From Bacteroidales bacterium (GTDB lineage: Bacteria > Bacteroidota > Bacteroidia > Bacteroidales > Muribaculaceae), in the NCBI GenBank assembly GCA_030531495.1, contig JAUNNJ010000001.1:113-64112 (forward strand): 64,000 bases of DNA, read 5' to 3'. Position 1 is the stretch's first letter, and the number at the start of each line of letters is the position of its first letter. A program made the translations under genes and the position numbers. The notes beneath the pieces are model-generated. The model searched no databases and was not told the origin of the DNA. It saw nothing but the letters and a program-made list of their open reading frames with translations. Below are positions 62,187 through 64,000 of this stretch, piece by piece.

Positions 62187-64000
62187 TTATTGTGCGAGAA
62201 TGAGGTTAACAAGGGCAGTGACATCTGAAACGTTTACTGTGCCATTGCCATCGATATCGCAAACTTGGTCGCTGTCGTCAGCGGTGCCGAGAATCTTGTT
62301 GACAAGGGCTGTAACGTCGGAAACGTTAACCAAGCCGTCGCCGTCAATATCTCCGTGGATTGGGTCGTCGCCACCAGCATATTGGAGCGTTATATCGTCG
62401 ACGAGCATCTTGCCACTGAACGAGCCATTGATTTCGTAGTAAACATCGCCCTTGATAGGACCAATGTCCACGGTTTGGTCGGCGCTTGTGCCCTTGTCGA
62501 AGATAACGCTGAAATAGTAATCTTTAGAGGTGATGTCCACGGTCTTGTAGTAGAACTTGGCACCCTTCACCATCTTGGTGTCGGTTACCACAGAACCTGG
62601 CCAGCTGCTATTGAGCTCCTTGTTGTTCTTGTCCCACATGTAGAAGTAAACAGATGGCCATCCTGGATCTTTCACGTGCACGGTGGCAGTGTGAGGAACG
62701 AATGGTTCAATCTTATATTCGCGGGTGAGCACTTTGCTAACAGCACCGTTGATGAGGAGGCCCACCTTGAGTGTGCAGCTGCTGCTGATGTTCACCTTTG
62801 CGCCGCTTGCCACTTGAAGGCTTGCAGCGGTAGGTTCGCTACCATCGAGGGTGTAGACGAGCTTTGCTGCGGTGTTGGCGCTAACGGCTACAAGCTTCAC
62901 GTCGAAAGGCTTTTCGTATTCGCCTGATGCTACATCTGCCCAAGCCACTTCGCAAGAAGGGGAGAGGTAGTATTTGTAGTGGTGACCTGCGATTACTTCA
63001 GTCCAAGAAGCTGCAGAAGGAACCACTTGTGAGGTGTTACCCACCACCACCATGAGCTTGCCGTTGGTACCGGTCACTTGGTTAGCAAAGTATGCCGCAT
63101 TTTTACGGAATGGGCTATAGCTGCTCATATTGTTAATACCGGCGATAGTGCGGAGCTCAATCATGTTCTTGATTTCGCTCTTGTAGTCTTGCCAGTGCTT
63201 GTAGAACACGCAAGGAGTGCCTGGCATAGCGAGGAGGAATGCGTTGGCAGCAATGGTGTCCTTCTTGATAGGGTCTTGAGGATATGCGCTTGAGCGATAT
63301 TCTGTATCGTGGTTCTCGATGAAAGTAACGGCGTAGCGCTTGTAGCTTGCATTGCTCATCACGCTGGCGTTGCCGAGTTTCGACCAGTCGTTGCCGTTGA
63401 TGGCGTCGCGCACGGTGTAGCGGAATGGGAAGTCGAATGCTGCCGATTGAATCACGTTGTTCACTTTAGTGCCGTTAATCCAGTTCATCACAGCTGATGG
63501 TTGGCCGTCCCAGTATTCACCCACGCTGAATTGCACATTAGCTGCAGCATTGTATTCGCCGGTGTAAGAAGCACTATAGCCCTTCACCATATCGTAGCGG
63601 AAGCCAGCGTATCCGAGGTCGTTGAGCAAGAAAGGAAGATAAGCGTTGACAACCTTCTTCACGTTGGCGCTCTTGTGGTCGATGTCGCGGCATCCGTCCC
63701 AGTCTTCACCTGTGTCGTTGTTTGAACTGATGGTGAAACCGTTGGCACTTGCCCAAGTTTTGGTCTTTCCGCCGTCGTCGTTAGCGCAAACGTCGGTCGA
63801 CTTAAGCTGGTAGGTTACGCCATTGTAGGTTTCGGCAGGAAAATCCACCCAGCTGCCACCCACACCCATATTGTTGTGGTGGTTGAGCACAACATCTTGA
63901 ATGATGCCTGTGCCTTTAGCCTTAAAGGTGTTGATCATGCTGCGAAGCTGCTTTTCAGAACCGAAGCTGCTGTTGTGGTCGAAGAAATACACAGGGGTGT
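62187..64000 (-). CDS. GH13 alpha-amylase with Fn3/CHB-like, CBM26-like and C-terminal dockerin-like domains; 5' end outside the window
   Basis: DVVLNH, GFRYDMVKGY, VGEYWD, FIENHD; YTLDGSEP; YFYMWD..SWPG; GDIDGDGLVNVSD x2. Confidence 0.9.
   Translation of the reverse strand, partial: TPVYFFDHNSSFGSEKQLRSMINTFKAKGTGIIQDVVLNHHNNMGVGGSWVDFPAETYNGVTYQLKSTDVCANDDGGKTKTWASANGFTISSNNDTGEDWDGCRDIDHKSANVKKVVNAYLPFLLNDLGYAGFRYDMVKGYSASYTGEYNAAANVQFSVGEYWDGQPSAVMNWINGTKVNNVIQSAAFDFPFRYTVRDAINGNDWSKLGNASVMSNASYKRYAVTFIENHDTEYRSSAYPQDPIKKDTIAANAFLLAMPGTPCVFYKHWQDYKSEIKNMIELRTIAGINNMSSYSPFRKNAAYFANQVTGTNGKLMVVVGNTSQVVPSAASWTEVIAGHHYKYYLSPSCEVAWADVASGEYEKPFDVKLVAVSANTAAKLVYTLDGSEPTAASLQVASGAKVNISSSCTLKVGLLINGAVSKVLTREYKIEPFVPHTATVHVKDPGWPSVYFYMWDKNNKELNSSWPGSVVTDTKMVKGAKFYYKTVDITSKDYYFSVIFDKGTSADQTVDIGPIKGDVYYEINGSFSGKMLVDDITLQYAGGDDPIHGDIDGDGLVNVSDVTALVNKILGTADDSDQVCDIDGNGTVNVSDVTALVNLILAQ

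Overview
This is a Bacteroidales chromosomal window; it looks Muribaculaceae/Prevotellaceae-like from the TAnnTTTG promoters, the T9SS genes and the dockerin-bearing enzymes (inference). From left to right it holds: a Wzx/Wzy polysaccharide locus (1-14.2 kb); a porT-porP-porK-porL-porM-porN T9SS operon; a MATE pump; a 984-aa T9SS cargo of unknown function; housekeeping genes (dusB, rpoN, purE, ispG, miaB, argH, tRNA-Leu, manA); an AT-rich islet of small membrane/secreted ORFs; two stand-alone AAA ATPase genes; and a starch/maltodextrin cluster (galM, MFS, GH77, GH97, pullulanase, SusA-like GH13, dockerin-GH53, dockerin-amylase). The most interesting signals are non-coding. (1) A gene-less twin of the T9SS-cargo transcription unit shares its promoter, 3' motif and terminator (candidate sRNA). 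(2) An exact CAATAA-N14-CGTTA ECF-type promoter motif precedes a glycosyltransferase, wza and porT. (3) An AAA/DUF4143 gene cassette is bounded by a perfect 18-bp direct repeat and has a 33-bp-periodic operator array, with no transposase nearby. (4) A ~220-nt fold-back leader precedes the AT-rich islet. (5) A duplicated palindromic element lies upstream of rpoN. No CRISPR array, rRNA, integrase or transposase was seen. Product calls are motif recognition by eye; no database was searched.
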